A stretch of DNA of 64,000 bases, taken from Cyanobacteria bacterium K_DeepCast_35m_m2_155. GTDB taxonomy: Bacteria; Cyanobacteriota; Cyanobacteriia; PCC-6307; Cyanobiaceae. The position numbers were made by a program, and so were the translations under genes. The notes beneath the pieces were generated by a model. That model had not been told where the DNA came from and did no database searches. It saw only the letters and a list, made by a program, of their open reading frames with translations. Of this stretch, positions 9,964 to 20,593 are shown piece after piece. Within the stretch, counting starts at the first letter, position 1; every line of letters starts with the position of its first letter. Location of the stretch: NCBI GenBank assembly GCA_016882285.1, contig VGQS01000001.1, forward strand, positions 11,339 to 75,338. Direction: 5' to 3'.

Positions 9964-10746
9964 TCAAGCCATCAGCCGGTAGGCGCGGGTGGTGATCAGA
10001 TACGGGTGAAACACCTCGAGAAAACGGCTCTGAAGCGTGCGAAAGAACCGCTCGACCAGAGCCGGGTCATCGAAATGAAAGGGGTATTCGCCAGCGAACC
10101 CTTTGAAGAAATACCAGTTGAGCAGCGCCGTTGCCGAGGGTGCCATGCGCTCAGCAAACTGCTCGAGCTGACCCGCTGGATCGGCCAGATGCTCGAGCAC
10201 ATCAAGGCAGAGCAGGGTATCAAAACGTTGCGGCAACGACGGATCATCAAGATCGCGGCAGCACTTCAGCCGTTCTGAAAGTCCAAACTCCTGGGCCCGC
10301 TGGCTGACAAATGCCCGGTTGTGGGGATTCAGATCGACGTACCAGACCGCATCAACGGCGGGAAGGGCTGCTGCGGCAAGGGCATGACTGCCAATGCCAC
10401 CGCCAAAATCGAGCACCGTGCCACAGGCAAAGCGCTGCTGCAGGCGCAGGGTGTCAGCGATGTAATCCCGACTTCCCAGATGCCAGGCGGCCAGTTCCAG
10501 CAGATGGCTGGTCCCCACGGTGTCTTCGTAAAAGCTGCCGGCCCGCTCGGGGTCAAAGGCCCCGGGGTGCAGCGCTGCCAGCTCATCGGTGCTGCTCGGC
10601 AAGCGCTCACGCAGGTGTGCCGGGCTGCACCCCAGATAGCGGGCCAACTGCGCCAGTAGATCAAACCCGCTGGCCATGAAGGCCTCAAGACTCAGATCGG
10701 CTGAGCCCGGCTGCATGGACTCGGTGCTGGTGGGGCTGCTGCTCAC
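9964..10746 (-). CDS. class I SAM-dependent methyltransferase
   Basis: 260-aa ORF. Motif I is VLDFGGGIGSHAL, followed by ..LLCLDVLEHLADP... It lies 42 nt downstream of the yhhQ-like gene on the same strand. Confidence 0.7.
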   Translation of the reverse strand: MSSSPTSTESMQPGSADLSLEAFMASGFDLLAQLARYLGCSPAHLRERLPSSTDELAALHPGAFDPERAGSFYEDTVGTSHLLELAAWHLGSRDYIADTLRLQQRFACGTVLDFGGGIGSHALAAAALPAVDAVWYVDLNPHNRAFVSQRAQEFGLSERLKCCRDLDDPSLPQRFDTLLCLDVLEHLADPAGQLEQFAERMAPSATALLNWYFFKGFAGEYPFHFDDPALVERFFRTLQSRFLEVFHPYLITTRAYRLMA

Positions 10747-10788
10747 CGGGGCTGCGCAGGGACCGGCTCAACCTACGCAGAGGCCGGT

Positions 10789-11499
10789 TCAGCCGAGCTC
10801 GGCCCCCTCGCCCGGCACCTCAAGCCAGCGGCGCAACCAGCCGGTCAGCCAGTAGAACGGCAACGTATCGGCAAGCGCCGCCAGCGCCTTGAACAGGTAG
10901 CCACTACCGATGAAGCCAAGCAACTGGGGCACAACCGGCAGCTCGGGGCACACCGGCAGCACATGGCTGCCGTAATGGCTGATCAGCACAACAGCCGTGG
11001 TGTCCACCAGTTGACTGACCAAGGTGGAGCCGTTGTTGCGCAGCCACAGAGCCTTGCCGCCGCTGAAGCGCTTCCAGAAATGGAACAGGCGAACATCGGT
11101 GAACTGGGCGGCCAGATAGGCCACCATCGAAGCTCCCACGGCCCCGAAGGCGAGGCGCCGCACTTCAAAGAAGGTGGCATCGGCAGCAGGCCCACTGATC
11201 CCGGGCAGAACGCCACCGAGCCACAGGATCAGCACGATCCAACCGTTGAGCAGCAGGCCGACCCAGACCAGCTGGCTGGCCTTGTCCTCGCCCCAGATCT
11301 CGCTGATCAGATCGGTGCACAAAAACGTGAGCGGATAGGGCAACGCACCCACGGCCACCACCAGAGGCCAGGGTCCGATCGAGCCCAGCTGCAGAAAGCG
11401 GGTCAGGCCCAAAATGTTGAGCATCGCCATGGTGCCCAGAAACAACCCCGAGAGCACCAGAAAGGCCAGATCGCGGCGTTGCTGCAGCGAGGCAGTCAC
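10789..11499 (-). CDS. yhhQ: queuosine-precursor (preQ0/preQ1) transporter, YhhQ/DUF165 (VUT) family
   Basis: 236-aa polytopic membrane ORF. PYPLTFLCTDLISEIWG and the repeated TM pattern resemble YhhQ. Confidence 0.7.
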   Translation of the reverse strand: MTASLQQRRDLAFLVLSGLFLGTMAMLNILGLTRFLQLGSIGPWPLVVAVGALPYPLTFLCTDLISEIWGEDKASQLVWVGLLLNGWIVLILWLGGVLPGISGPAADATFFEVRRLAFGAVGASMVAYLAAQFTDVRLFHFWKRFSGGKALWLRNNGSTLVSQLVDTTAVVLISHYGSHVLPVCPELPVVPQLLGFIGSGYLFKALAALADTLPFYWLTGWLRRWLEVPGEGAELG

Positions 11500-11577
11500 A
11501 GTCCATCGAGCACACTCGAATCAGGTTGACGGGCCCAGCTGCGGCGCGCCACCCACCGCCCCCGTGCACCCCGATTG

Positions 11578-12459
11578 ATGACCTGCGGTTTCCTGGTGCT
11601 CGACAAGCCCGCGGGCCTCAGCTCCCACAGCTGCGTGAGCCGGGTGCGGCGCGTCTATGGCCTCAAGCGGGTGGGCCATGGCGGCACCCTGGACCCTGCT
11701 GTCACAGGCGTGTTGCCGATCGCCCTGGGGGCGGCCACCCGGCTGCTGCCCTATCTCGCGGGCGACAAGACCTACCGAGGGGTGGTGCAGCTGGGGCTCA
11801 CCACCAGCACAGACGACCTGGACGGCGAGGTGCTCACGCGCCAGGGACTGCCCACCGGGCTCGATCAGATGCGCCTGGAGCAGGCGCTGACGGCCTTTCG
11901 CGGCAGCATCGAGCAGGTGCCGCCGCAGGTCTCGGCCGTGCATGTGAACGGTCAACGGGCTTACCAGCGGGTCCGCCGCGGCGAAACGCTGACCCTGGCT
12001 GCTCGCAGGGTGCAGATCGATCACCTGGAACTGCTGAGCTGGGACCCGCGGCACAGCCAACTGGAGCTTGACGTGCGCTGCTCGGCCGGGACCTACATCC
12101 GCGCTCTGGCGCGTGATCTGGGCGAGGCCCTGGGCTGCGGGGGAGCGCTGGCGAGCCTGCGGCGTACAGCAGCGCTGGGCTTCAGCCTCGAGCAGGCGGT
12201 GCGCTGGGAGGCGCTGGAGAGCACAGCCCCACCGGCGCTCCTGGATCCCTTAGAGGCGCTGCAGCACCTGCCCAAGCAGCAGCTGAGCACGGCGCAACTC
12301 ACCGACTGGCGCTGCGGTCGTCAACTGCCAGCGAGCCGTCCCTGGCCAGACGGCCAGAGCGTGGTGATCACAGGTCCCCAGGGGGACTGGGCAGGCATCG
12401 CAATGGCCAGCGGCAGCGAGCAGTTGCAGCCGAAACTGGTCAAAGACGCGGCGGGTTGA
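11578..12459 (+). CDS. truB: tRNA pseudouridine(55) synthase
   Basis: [48 protein letters not shown] contains the catalytic Asp motif. The ORF opens at TTG 11575 and the adjacent ATG is at 11578. Confidence 0.93.
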   Translation: MTCGFLVLDKPAGLSSHSCVSRVRRVYGLKRVGHGGTLDPAVTGVLPIALGAATRLLPYLAGDKTYRGVVQLGLTTSTDDLDGEVLTRQGLPTGLDQMRLEQALTAFRGSIEQVPPQVSAVHVNGQRAYQRVRRGETLTLAARRVQIDHLELLSWDPRHSQLELDVRCSAGTYIRALARDLGEALGCGGALASLRRTAALGFSLEQAVRWEALESTAPPALLDPLEALQHLPKQQLSTAQLTDWRCGRQLPASRPWPDGQSVVITGPQGDWAGIAMASGSEQLQPKLVKDAAG

Positions 12460-12463
12460 GGCC

Positions 12464-13267
12464 ATGGCCGGCCACAGCAAATGGGCCCAGATCAAGCGCA
12501 CCAAAGCCGTCGTCGACGCCAAACGCGGCGCCGTGTTCACACGCCTGGGCCGCGAAATCATGGTGGCGGCACGCAGCGGCGCTGATCCAAGCGGCAACTT
12601 CCAACTGCGCACCGCCATTGAAAAGGCCAAGGCTGCCGGCGTTCCCAACGCCAACATCGAGCGAGCCATCGCCAAGGGCTCGGGCCAGGGGCAAGGCGGC
12701 GGCGAGCAGTTTGAGGCGGTGCGCTACGAGGGCTATGGCCCTGGCGGTGTGGCTGTGTTGGTGGAAGCCTTCACCGACAACCGCAACCGCACCGCGGCCG
12801 ACCTGCGCCTGGCCTTCAGCAAGCACGGCGGCCGACTGGGTGAGACCGGCTGCGTCGGGTATCTGTTTGAGCACCGCTCGGTGGTGCTGCTGGCCTGGCA
12901 GGGCCTTGCGCAGGGTCGTTTTCAGTCAGAGCAACCATGCCTGAGCGAAGAGGTTCTGCTCGAGCAACTCTTGAGCCTGGAAGACAGCGGTGGACCTGCC
13001 GTCGTGGGCTACGAGCTGCTGAGCCCCACCCACGCCGAGGTGCAAGCAGGCTTTGCCGATCTGCAGCGGCTGCAGGAGCGGCTGCAGCAGCTCGATCTGC
13101 CGGTGCGCAGCTGGGAACACCGCTGGGTGAGCCTGAGCCACTGTGAACTGCACGAGAGCGAGCTGCTGCACCAATGCCTGAGGCTGCTTGATGCGCTGGA
13201 GTCGCTCGATGACGTGCGTACCGTCGCGTCCAACCTCAGCGCCGATGAGACGTTGCTTGAAGCCTGA
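12464..13267 (+). CDS. YebC/PmpR-family DNA-binding transcriptional regulator
   Basis: 267-aa ORF beginning [32 protein letters not shown]... Confidence 0.9.
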   Translation: MAGHSKWAQIKRTKAVVDAKRGAVFTRLGREIMVAARSGADPSGNFQLRTAIEKAKAAGVPNANIERAIAKGSGQGQGGGEQFEAVRYEGYGPGGVAVLVEAFTDNRNRTAADLRLAFSKHGGRLGETGCVGYLFEHRSVVLLAWQGLAQGRFQSEQPCLSEEVLLEQLLSLEDSGGPAVVGYELLSPTHAEVQAGFADLQRLQERLQQLDLPVRSWEHRWVSLSHCELHESELLHQCLRLLDALESLDDVRTVASNLSADETLLEA

Positions 13268-14029
13268 TCAGCCAGGCCAGGCCGCCGCATCAACCAACAG
13301 GGTCAAGCGCGGATGCCCCCTGAGCCAGCTCGCCGGCAGCCCTGCATTGGGCTGCTCCTGCAACAAGCGCCGCAGCACGGCGGTTTTGGCAGAACCCGTG
13401 ACGACCAGGACCAAGGCATCAGCAGCCAGGATCTCGGCCAGCCCCAGGGTGATCGCACGCCGCGGCACGTTCTGCGGGTCGCCGCCGAAGCCCGCTGCGT
13501 TTTGCTGACGGGTCTGATCGCTCAGCACCAGGCAGCGGCAGGCGGCCTCGGGAGGACACGGCGGCTCGTTGAAGCCCACATGACCATTGAGACCAAGACC
13601 CAGCAGCTGCAGCCCGATGCCGCCAGCGGCTGCAACCTGGGCGCCGTAGCGGCGGGCCTCTGCCAGCGGATCACTGGCGAGGCCATTGGGCAGATGCACC
13701 TGCGCCGGATCAAGCCCCAGGGGCTGCGTGAGCTGCCGCTGCATGGCCGCAGCAAACGAGGTGTGATCGTCAGGACCCAGGCCCACGTACTCATCGAGGT
13801 TGAAGCTCTGCCACCCGCGACGCACGTGCTCGCGCTCAGGGGCGCTCAGGGCGTTCAGACGCAGCCGCAAGGCCGCATAGACCGGCTCCATGGTGCGGCC
13901 AGTGGCCAGTCCAAGGGGGCGCCCAGGCTGCTCCAGCCTGGTCTTGAGCAGCAACGAGGCCACCCGCTCGGCCACCGCTGCCGCATCAGGCAGCACCTGG
14001 GGCGCCAGCTCAGGGATCGCGGTAGGCAT
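13268..14029 (-). CDS. nagB: glucosamine-6-phosphate deaminase (NagB family)
   Basis: Motifs LGLATGRTMEPVY, FNLDEYVGL and LGLGLNGHVGFNEP. The ORF extends to 14080, but ATG 14029 is the more likely start. Either way it overlaps the spoIID 3' end. Confidence 0.8.
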   Translation of the reverse strand: MPTAIPELAPQVLPDAAAVAERVASLLLKTRLEQPGRPLGLATGRTMEPVYAALRLRLNALSAPEREHVRRGWQSFNLDEYVGLGPDDHTSFAAAMQRQLTQPLGLDPAQVHLPNGLASDPLAEARRYGAQVAAAGGIGLQLLGLGLNGHVGFNEPPCPPEAACRCLVLSDQTRQQNAAGFGGDPQNVPRRAITLGLAEILAADALVLVVTGSAKTAVLRRLLQEQPNAGLPASWLRGHPRLTLLVDAAAWPG

Positions 14030-15377
14030 TGATCTGGGTCCCCGGGTAGTAGTGGCGCAAGATGGCGGTGTAGCTGGCACCGCGCTGGGCCAAACCGTGG
14101 GCGCCCCATTGGCTCATGCCAATGCCGTGGCCAAAGCCGCGGCCGCGAATCAGCAACGCGGCCAGCGGGAGCTCAGCGGCCGAGGCCGCGCTCTGCAGCA
14201 GCAACGGCATCGCGCTTGGTGGCAGCAGCGGTGGCGGCATCGGTGGCTCCAGGCTGCCGGCCAACGCACCATCGGGACTCTTGAGAGCAGCTGGAGCAGC
14301 GGCCGAGGGAGCTGGCAACAGCAGCTCCAGCTCGATCCAGGTGCTGCGCAGCGCCAGGCGTTGGCGCAGCTCTGCCCCGCTCAGGTTCAACACGCCGCGG
14401 GGCCCCTCAAGACGCAGCTGGCGCACCCTGCCGCTGCTGCTGCGGGAGGTCACCTGCAGCGTCCAAAGACCACCGGTTTCGGGGAAGCGTTCCCGCAACT
14501 GGCTGGCATCAAAACGCTCTTGCCAGCTGCGCACAGGGGAGTGTTCATCAAAGTCGGGAACCGGCACCAGATAGGGCAACTGCTGCGCCCACAGTTCGCC
14601 GCTGGCTTCGGTGCTACCGCCACTGCTGCTGTGAAACACCGCCTCAATCAACGCGCCCTGATAGGTCAGCACCTGGCCGCGGGTGGCCTCGACCGCCTCA
14701 CGGGTGGATGGGGTCTCACCGCCCACACCCTTGTAGACCTGGCTGGCCACGGTGGCCCGCAGATCAAAGGGCTCCTGGCTGCGCCGCTGCCGCAGGGCGT
14801 AGGTGCGTGCCGCAACCGCCTGGGCCCGCAAGGCGGACTGGGGCCAGCTGGGGGGCATCTCGCTGCCCACCACACTGGGCAGATAGGCCTCAAGAGCCAC
14901 ATGGTTGATGGCCAGGAGCTTGTCGCCCTGGCGCAGCACCCGCAGCCGGCCGCGAAACAGGCGTTGCTGCAGGGTGATCAGGGCTTCGGGGGCTGCGGGC
15001 TCAAGCCACAGCTCGCTGACCACCATCGGCTGGCCTGCCGGCCAGCTGAGCAGCAGCCCGGTGGGACTCGAGCCATCGAGCCCAAGCCGCACCGGTTGAC
15101 CTGGCTCCAGCGTGCCAAGGCGGCTGCCGTCAGCGCCGCGTAGCAGCAGCGGCTGAGCGCTGGCCTCAATCTGAATCTCTTGATCCTGCTGCAGCAACAC
15201 GCGCAACTCAGGATCACTGGTCGCTGAGGCCGCATTGATGGCCACCGGACCCAGCACCTGGGGCAAGGTCAACTCAGCGGCTGCCGCCGCGCTGGGGCCA
15301 AGTCCAGCCGCGACAAAGCCAGGCGCCACAAGGGCCACGGGCACAACCCGCAACAGCTCCAGCCAGGCAACGCGCAT
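14010..15377 (-). CDS. SpoIID/LytB domain-containing protein (amidase enhancer-like)
   Basis: Motifs ..[12 protein letters not shown]...[12 protein letters not shown]...[19 protein letters not shown]... The start is set at ATG 15377 ([21 protein letters not shown], signal-like). The upstream ORF extension to 15626 overlaps rnz on the opposite strand and is not credible. Confidence 0.82.
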   Translation of the reverse strand: MRVAWLELLRVVPVALVAPGFVAAGLGPSAAAAAELTLPQVLGPVAINAASATSDPELRVLLQQDQEIQIEASAQPLLLRGADGSRLGTLEPGQPVRLGLDGSSPTGLLLSWPAGQPMVVSELWLEPAAPEALITLQQRLFRGRLRVLRQGDKLLAINHVALEAYLPSVVGSEMPPSWPQSALRAQAVAARTYALRQRRSQEPFDLRATVASQVYKGVGGETPSTREAVEATRGQVLTYQGALIEAVFHSSSGGSTEASGELWAQQLPYLVPVPDFDEHSPVRSWQERFDASQLRERFPETGGLWTLQVTSRSSSGRVRQLRLEGPRGVLNLSGAELRQRLALRSTWIELELLLPAPSAAAPAALKSPDGALAGSLEPPMPPPLLPPSAMPLLLQSAASAAELPLAALLIRGRGFGHGIGMSQWGAHGLAQRGASYTAILRHYYPGTQINAYRDP

Positions 15378-15425
15378 CGCCCCATTGTGTCGGCCGTGGC
15401 AGCATGCGCCAGAGGCGGTCAGGGC

Positions 15426-16400
15426 GTGCAGGTCACCTTTCTGGGCACCAGTTCGGGCGTGCCGACCCGCGGCCGCAACGTCTCGGCCGTGGCCCTGCGC
15501 CTGCCGCAGCGCAGCGAGCTGTGGCTGTTTGATTGTGGCGAAGGCACCCAGCACCAGTTCCTGCGCAGTGAGCTGCGGGTGAGCCAGCTGCGGCGCATCT
15601 TCATCACCCACATGCACGGCGACCACGTGTTCGGCCTACCAGGGCTGCTCGCCAGCCTTGGCTTGGCGGGGAGCTGCCCGGGCATCGATCTTTATGGGCC
15701 CGATCTGCTGCGCGACTACCTCGAAGGGGTGCTGCGTACCAGCTCGACCCGCATCGGCTACCCGCTGCGCAGCCACAAGGTGCGCCAGGCCGCCGCCAGC
15801 GGCGCCCTGGTCTTTGAAGACGACGACCTGCAGGTGCGCTGCGCGCCGTTGACCCACCGGGTACCGGCCTACGCCTACCGGGTCGATCAAAAAACCAGGG
15901 CTGGCCGCTTTGACATCGCCAAGGCCAAGGAGCTCGGCATCCCCCCGGGCCCGATCTACGGCGAACTCAAGGCCGGCCGCACGGTCACCCTGGACGATGG
16001 CCGCATCATCAATGGCGCCAGCCTGACCGGCCCTGAGCGTCCTGGCGCCAGCGTCGTGTACTGCACCGACACCGTGTTCTCGGAAGCCGCGGTGCAACTC
16101 GCCCAGGGGGCCGATCTGCTGATCCACGAGAGCACCTTTTGCCACAGCGAAGCCGAACTGGCGATTGCCAGGCAGCACTCGACCAGCACGATGGCCGCCC
16201 AGACGGCCCTCGAGGCCGGCGTCAAGCAGCTGGTGCTGACGCATCTGAGCCCTCGCTACATGCCGGGGAATCCGATGACCCCTGACGATCTGGTGGCCGA
16301 AGCACAAACCATCTTTGCCAACACCACGGTCGCCAAAGATTTCCTGAGCATTGACGTGCTGCCTTGCGAGAGCGATGAACCCGGGCAGCAGCCTGAGTAG
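15426..16400 (+). CDS. rnz: ribonuclease Z (tRNA 3' endonuclease)
   Basis: [24 protein letters not shown]...[11 protein letters not shown]...[15 protein letters not shown] is the metallo-beta-lactamase HxHxDH motif. The start is GTG 15426 or ATG 15387. Confidence 0.9.
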   Translation: MQVTFLGTSSGVPTRGRNVSAVALRLPQRSELWLFDCGEGTQHQFLRSELRVSQLRRIFITHMHGDHVFGLPGLLASLGLAGSCPGIDLYGPDLLRDYLEGVLRTSSTRIGYPLRSHKVRQAAASGALVFEDDDLQVRCAPLTHRVPAYAYRVDQKTRAGRFDIAKAKELGIPPGPIYGELKAGRTVTLDDGRIINGASLTGPERPGASVVYCTDTVFSEAAVQLAQGADLLIHESTFCHSEAELAIARQHSTSTMAAQTALEAGVKQLVLTHLSPRYMPGNPMTPDDLVAEAQTIFANTTVAKDFLSIDVLPCESDEPGQQPE

Positions 16401-16476
16401 GCCTGCAACAGTTCGCGTGTTTCTGGCCCGGCGCCCCCTTCCGCCGTGATACAAGAACACCGTTCAGGCTTCTCCC

Positions 16477-16995
16477 ATGGCCCGTCTCGTTTCGACCGCT
16501 CTGTGCGCCCTTGGCCGCCTTCTGCTGGTCCTGCCCCTGGCTCTGCTGCTCGTCACCGGATTTGGCGGTGAAGCCCTCGCTGCCCAGTGGAGCGCCGATC
16601 AGCTCACGGTGCCTGCCAATCCTGATGGCACCGAAGTGACCTTCAGCGAACAGGAGATCAAGAGCGGCCGCAAGCTGTTCAACAACAGCTGCGGTGAATG
16701 CCATGCCGGCGGCATCACCAAGACCAACCAGAACGTGGGCCTCGACCCTGAGACCCTGGCCCTGGCGACGCCAGCCCGCGACAACGTCGAAGCCCTGGTC
16801 GACTACATGAAGGATCCGACCTCCTACGACGGCGAATATTCGATCGCCGATGTGCACCCCAGCCTGCGCAGCAGCGATGTGTTTGTGAAGATGCGCGATC
16901 TCGACGACAACGATCTGCGCCTGATGGCCGGCTACATCCTGGTGGCCCCCAAGGTGCAGGGCATCCAGTGGGGCGGCGGCAAGATCTACTTCTGA
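16477..16995 (+). CDS. psbV: photosystem II cytochrome c-550
   Basis: 172-aa ORF with a signal peptide, the heme motif CGECHAGG and ..DYMKDPTSYDGE... Confidence 0.93.
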   Translation: MARLVSTALCALGRLLLVLPLALLLVTGFGGEALAAQWSADQLTVPANPDGTEVTFSEQEIKSGRKLFNNSCGECHAGGITKTNQNVGLDPETLALATPARDNVEALVDYMKDPTSYDGEYSIADVHPSLRSSDVFVKMRDLDDNDLRLMAGYILVAPKVQGIQWGGGKIYF

Positions 16996-17037
16996 TCAGT
17001 CGCCCGCATCAGTGACCATCGCGCGTCATTGGCCAGA

Positions 17038-17066
17038 AAGCCCCGTCCCACAGGCGGGGTTTTTGT
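17038..17066 (+). terminator. rho-independent terminator after psbV
   Basis: aaagccccg-tcccacagg-cggggttttt: a GC stem followed by a T-run, about 40 nt after the psbV stop. Confidence 0.7.
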
Positions 17067-17092
17067 TTGGGCCACGGGCGCCAGGTCAGGCC

Positions 17093-17470
17093 TCAGGCCA
17101 CCTGTGATTCGGCAAGCGGGGGCTGGTCATTGCCTGGCTCCAGCGAAGCCGGCTGCTTGCTGTACCACCACTCCTGCAGTTCTGCCGAGAGCCTCTGTGA
17201 AAACAGGGTGATCACCGTGCGGGTCGCTCGCGTGCCCGGCTGCAGCAGCTCGACCGCATAGGACGGGCAGCGGCGCGCAGCCAGGTCGGCCACAAAGCGA
17301 CGACCGACGCGACGCCAGCTGGGCTCCTTGCTGCGCCAGGCCAGGCGGCAGCACGGCCAGGGCAGCTCTTCGCGATCAAACAGGCGGCAACAGGGTCCCA
17401 GCACCCTGTAGCTGTACTGCCCCCCGGGGCTGGTGTGCTCGCTGCCGGGAAGGAGCAGGTGTTGAACCAT
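17093..17470 (-). CDS. hypothetical Cys/Trp/Arg-rich small protein
   Basis: 125-aa ORF with strongly G/C-biased third codon positions. It contains paired CC motifs (GPCCRLF and WPCCRLAW) plus a further Cys. No family recognised. Confidence 0.5.
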   Translation of the reverse strand: MVQHLLLPGSEHTSPGGQYSYRVLGPCCRLFDREELPWPCCRLAWRSKEPSWRRVGRRFVADLAARRCPSYAVELLQPGTRATRTVITLFSQRLSAELQEWWYSKQPASLEPGNDQPPLAESQVA

Positions 17471-17490
17471 GAACGGTGCCGGTGGCCATC

Positions 17491-17517
17491 AAAAAGCCAC
17501 CCCGAAGGGTGGCAAAA
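17491..17517 (-). terminator. rho-independent terminator after petF (hairpin flanked by A/T runs on both sides)
   Basis: The minus strand reads gccaccc-ttcg-gggtggc followed by ttttt, about 65 nt after the petF stop. Confidence 0.7.
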
Positions 17518-17582
17518 CGTCTGGGGCGGATCAAGACAGGCTGGGCCCGTTCAACAATCCGCCACGTCAGCTGCCAAAGCGC

Positions 17583-17882
17583 TCAGTAAAGCTCTTCTTC
17601 AGCGTGGGTCTTGATGGTGCAATCGCTGGTGGGGTAGGCCACGCAGGTCAGCACGAAACCAGCTTCGATCTGGTCGTCGTCCAGGAAGCTCTGATCGCTC
17701 TGGTCGACGGTGCCAGCGGTGAGCTTGCCGGCACAGGTGGAGCAGGCGCCAGCGCGGCAGGAGTAGGGCAGGTCGATGCCCTGCTCTTCAGCAGCATCAA
17801 GGATGTACTGATCGTCGGGAACCTCGATGGTCTTGTTGAGGCCTTCGCTCTCGCTGATGAGGGTGACCTTGTAGGAAGCCAT
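17583..17882 (-). CDS. petF: plant-type [2Fe-2S] ferredoxin I
   Basis: 99-aa ORF: [54 protein letters not shown]... Confidence 0.96.
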   Translation of the reverse strand: MASYKVTLISESEGLNKTIEVPDDQYILDAAEEQGIDLPYSCRAGACSTCAGKLTAGTVDQSDQSFLDDDQIEAGFVLTCVAYPTSDCTIKTHAEEELY

Positions 17883-18013
17883 GAAAAGGATTGGGGCTCA
17901 CAGGCACCCGGAAACCGGGCCTGTAGGACCCGCCCTTCATACATCCGCCGCAGGCCATTCCAGGTGTTTTTGGACGCTGATGCCGGGAAGCCCAATCAAA
18001 CGCTGATCACCGA

Positions 18014-18928
18014 TCAGCGTGACTTATGTAACACCAGCAGTCCCCAGGCCCCGTTCTGCGCCGCCAAAGTGGCCTGCCAGCCCAGATCTGCCAAAACCTG
18101 TTGAAGCCTTGGCGCCTGCTCCACCAGCAAGCCGCTGAGCAGGCCCACGCCCTGGGGACTCAGCAGCGCAGCAAAGCTGGGAGCAAGGGCCTCGATCACC
18201 GGCGCCAGGATGTTGCAGAGCAACAGATCGGCGGGCTGGCCCTGCAGCTGCTGCGCCAGGGCCTCTGCCGAACCCTGGACGACCTCCAGCTGCAGGTCCA
18301 GCGCATTGAGCGCGGCATTGGCTGTGGTGGCTCTGAGAGCCAGCGAGTCGGTGTCAGCCGCGGCCACGGCCTTGGCCCCAAGCCGCAGCGCCGCCAGACC
18401 CAGCACGCCGCTGCCACACCCCAGATCGGCCACGTGCAGGCCCTCGAGGGATCCGCCGCGCTCGGCGCAAAGGGCCTCCAGCGCTTCGAGGCACAGCCGG
18501 GTGGTGGGATGGCTGCCGGTCCCAAAGGCGCTGCCGGGATCCATGCGGATGCAGAGGCGATCGGCGTGCTCGCTCGGACAATCGAGCCAGGCGGGCAGGA
18601 TCAACAGCCGATCCCCAACGGGATCGGGCTGCCAATGCTGCTTCCAGCTGAGGCTCCAGTCCTCATCGGGCAGCTCCTGCCACCGCAACACAGGCAACGG
18701 CAACCCAAAGGTTTCAGCAAGCGGGGTGAGCGACTGCTCCAGGCTGGCGCGCTCGGCGGCGGGCCACTCGCTGGCCGGCAGCCAAGCCACCAACTGGCGC
18801 TGGGCGGGTGCGTCTGGTTTGTGCTGCATCGCCACCCGATGGATGCCCAGCTGCGGCAGCTTCCACAGCAGCGATTCCTCGAGTTCGGCCGGGGCGGCCA
18901 TCTCGAGCCGCCACCAGGTGAGCCCCAT
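18014..18928 (-). CDS. prmA: ribosomal protein L11 methyltransferase
   Basis: 304-aa ORF with the SAM motif VADLGCGSGVLGLAAL and the PrmA N-terminal domain. Its start overlaps the serA stop (TGATG). Confidence 0.88.
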   Translation of the reverse strand: MGLTWWRLEMAAPAELEESLLWKLPQLGIHRVAMQHKPDAPAQRQLVAWLPASEWPAAERASLEQSLTPLAETFGLPLPVLRWQELPDEDWSLSWKQHWQPDPVGDRLLILPAWLDCPSEHADRLCIRMDPGSAFGTGSHPTTRLCLEALEALCAERGGSLEGLHVADLGCGSGVLGLAALRLGAKAVAAADTDSLALRATTANAALNALDLQLEVVQGSAEALAQQLQGQPADLLLCNILAPVIEALAPSFAALLSPQGVGLLSGLLVEQAPRLQQVLADLGWQATLAAQNGAWGLLVLHKSR

Positions 18929-20514
18929 CAGAGGGTGACCGGGTGGGCCTGCTGAATGCCGCTGATCGCATGAATCGAGGCCAGCAGGTCAGCAGGAATC
19001 GGATCATCGATGCTGAGCACCATCACCGCATCTCCGCGCACGATGCGGCGACCCACCTGCATCGAGGCGATGTTGACGTTGTGCTCACCCAGCAGGGACC
19101 CCAGCTGGCCAATGATCCCCGGCATGTCGCGGTGACGGGTGAACAGCATGTGGCGGCTGGGCGCCACGTTGACGGGGAACTCATCAATGGTGACCACCCG
19201 CAGCTCGCCATCGGCAAACACCGCGCCGGTCACGCTGTGGCTGCCCTGGGGCCCGCGGCAGACCAGCTGCAGCGACCCGCCGGCAAAATCGCGCGAGGCA
19301 TCGTCCTTGACCTCGAGGACATGGATGCCGCGCTCCTTGGCCTCCAGACTGGCGTTCACGTAGTTGATGCTGTCGCCCAGGGCTGTCGACAGCACCCCTT
19401 TGAGCGCGGCCACCACCAGGGGCTGGGCCGGATGCTCGGCAAAGTCGCCCTGCAGGCGCACCTCGAGCTCGTTGATGGCGCCGCCACCCAACTGACTCAC
19501 CAGCTGACCCAGGGTCTCGGCCAGCTGCAAATGGGGCTTGAGCTGCTCCATGACCTCCGAGCTCAGGCCCGGAATGTTGACGGCGCTGCGTGCCGGCAGA
19601 CCCAGCAGCACGTCGCGAATCTGCTCGGCCACGTCAATGGCCACGTTTTCCTGCGCCTCTTCGGTGGAGGCACCCAGATGCGGCGTGAGAATCAGGCGTT
19701 CGCTGACGCCGCGCAGGGGCGAATCGGCCACCAGCGGCTCCTTGGCGTACACATCGAGGGCGGCGCCGGCGATGGTGCCGGCCTCAACGGCCGCCGCCAG
19801 GGCAGCCTCATCAACAATGCCGCCGCGGGCGCAGTTGACCAGGCGCGACGTGGGCTTCATGGTGCGCAGCAGCTCAGCGTTGACCAGGTTTTCGGTCTCG
19901 GGCGTGCGTGGCAGGTGCAGGCTCACATAGTCAGCCTCGGCGAACAGCTCCTTGAGAGGCAACAGCCGCACCTGCATCTGCTGGGCGCGCTCAGCAGACA
20001 CAAAGGGGTCGTAGGCCAGCACCTCCATCCCCATGGCCCGCGCCACCCGCGCCACATGGGAGCCGATCTTGCCCAGACCAACAACGCCGAGCTTCTTTTT
20101 GTAGAGCTCGTTGCCGACGTAGGTCTTGCGGTCCCAACCGCCCGCCATGGTGCTGGCATGGGCATGGGGCACGTGCCGCGACAGCGAGAGCATCAGCGCC
20201 AGGGCATGCTCGGCGGCGGCGATGGTGTTGCCCTCGGGCGAGTTGACCACCAGCACGCCGCGCTTGGTGGCGGCCGGCACATCGACGTTGTCGACACCCA
20301 CACCGGCGCGGCCGATGATGCGCAGCTTGCCTGCGGCAGCAATGATCTCAGCGGTCACCTGGGTGCCCGAGCGGATCATCAGGGCGTCGTACTCGCCGAT
20401 GATCTGCGCCAGTTCGGCGGCAGGCAACCCGGTGCGCACATCCACCTGTGCCACCTGAGACAGGATGTCGATCCCGCTCTGGTCAATGGGATCGGAAACA
20501 AGAACCTTGGGCAT
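18928..20514 (-). CDS. serA: D-3-phosphoglycerate dehydrogenase (with C-terminal ACT domain)
   Basis: 528-aa ORF beginning MPKVLVSDPIDQSGIDIL. It has the NAD motif GVVGLGKIGSHVA and a C-terminal ACT region. Confidence 0.93.
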   Translation of the reverse strand: MPKVLVSDPIDQSGIDILSQVAQVDVRTGLPAAELAQIIGEYDALMIRSGTQVTAEIIAAAGKLRIIGRAGVGVDNVDVPAATKRGVLVVNSPEGNTIAAAEHALALMLSLSRHVPHAHASTMAGGWDRKTYVGNELYKKKLGVVGLGKIGSHVARVARAMGMEVLAYDPFVSAERAQQMQVRLLPLKELFAEADYVSLHLPRTPETENLVNAELLRTMKPTSRLVNCARGGIVDEAALAAAVEAGTIAGAALDVYAKEPLVADSPLRGVSERLILTPHLGASTEEAQENVAIDVAEQIRDVLLGLPARSAVNIPGLSSEVMEQLKPHLQLAETLGQLVSQLGGGAINELEVRLQGDFAEHPAQPLVVAALKGVLSTALGDSINYVNASLEAKERGIHVLEVKDDASRDFAGGSLQLVCRGPQGSHSVTGAVFADGELRVVTIDEFPVNVAPSRHMLFTRHRDMPGIIGQLGSLLGEHNVNIASMQVGRRIVRGDAVMVLSIDDPIPADLLASIHAISGIQQAHPVTL

Positions 20515-20593
20515 GCCCGGCGCGGCGGAGAAAGGGCCGGCGGTGCAGTGTAGTGAGCAGCGAGAATCAGACCCTCACGAACGGGCTTGAACC

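Noticed and set aside
15378-15626. N-terminal extension of the SpoIID-like ORF. Analogous over-extensions occur for groES to 34947, atpE to 51827, glnB from 63087, ccs1 from 60913, ald from 43583 and gpmI from 30219.
   Set aside because: The extensions overlap neighbouring genes or lack the conserved N-terminal sequence. In each case an internal start codon reproduces the canonical protein N-terminus.
18943-20553. 536-aa plus-strand ORF antisense to serA.
   Set aside because: Shadow ORF of a GC-rich gene with no motifs. serA on the other strand is unambiguous.
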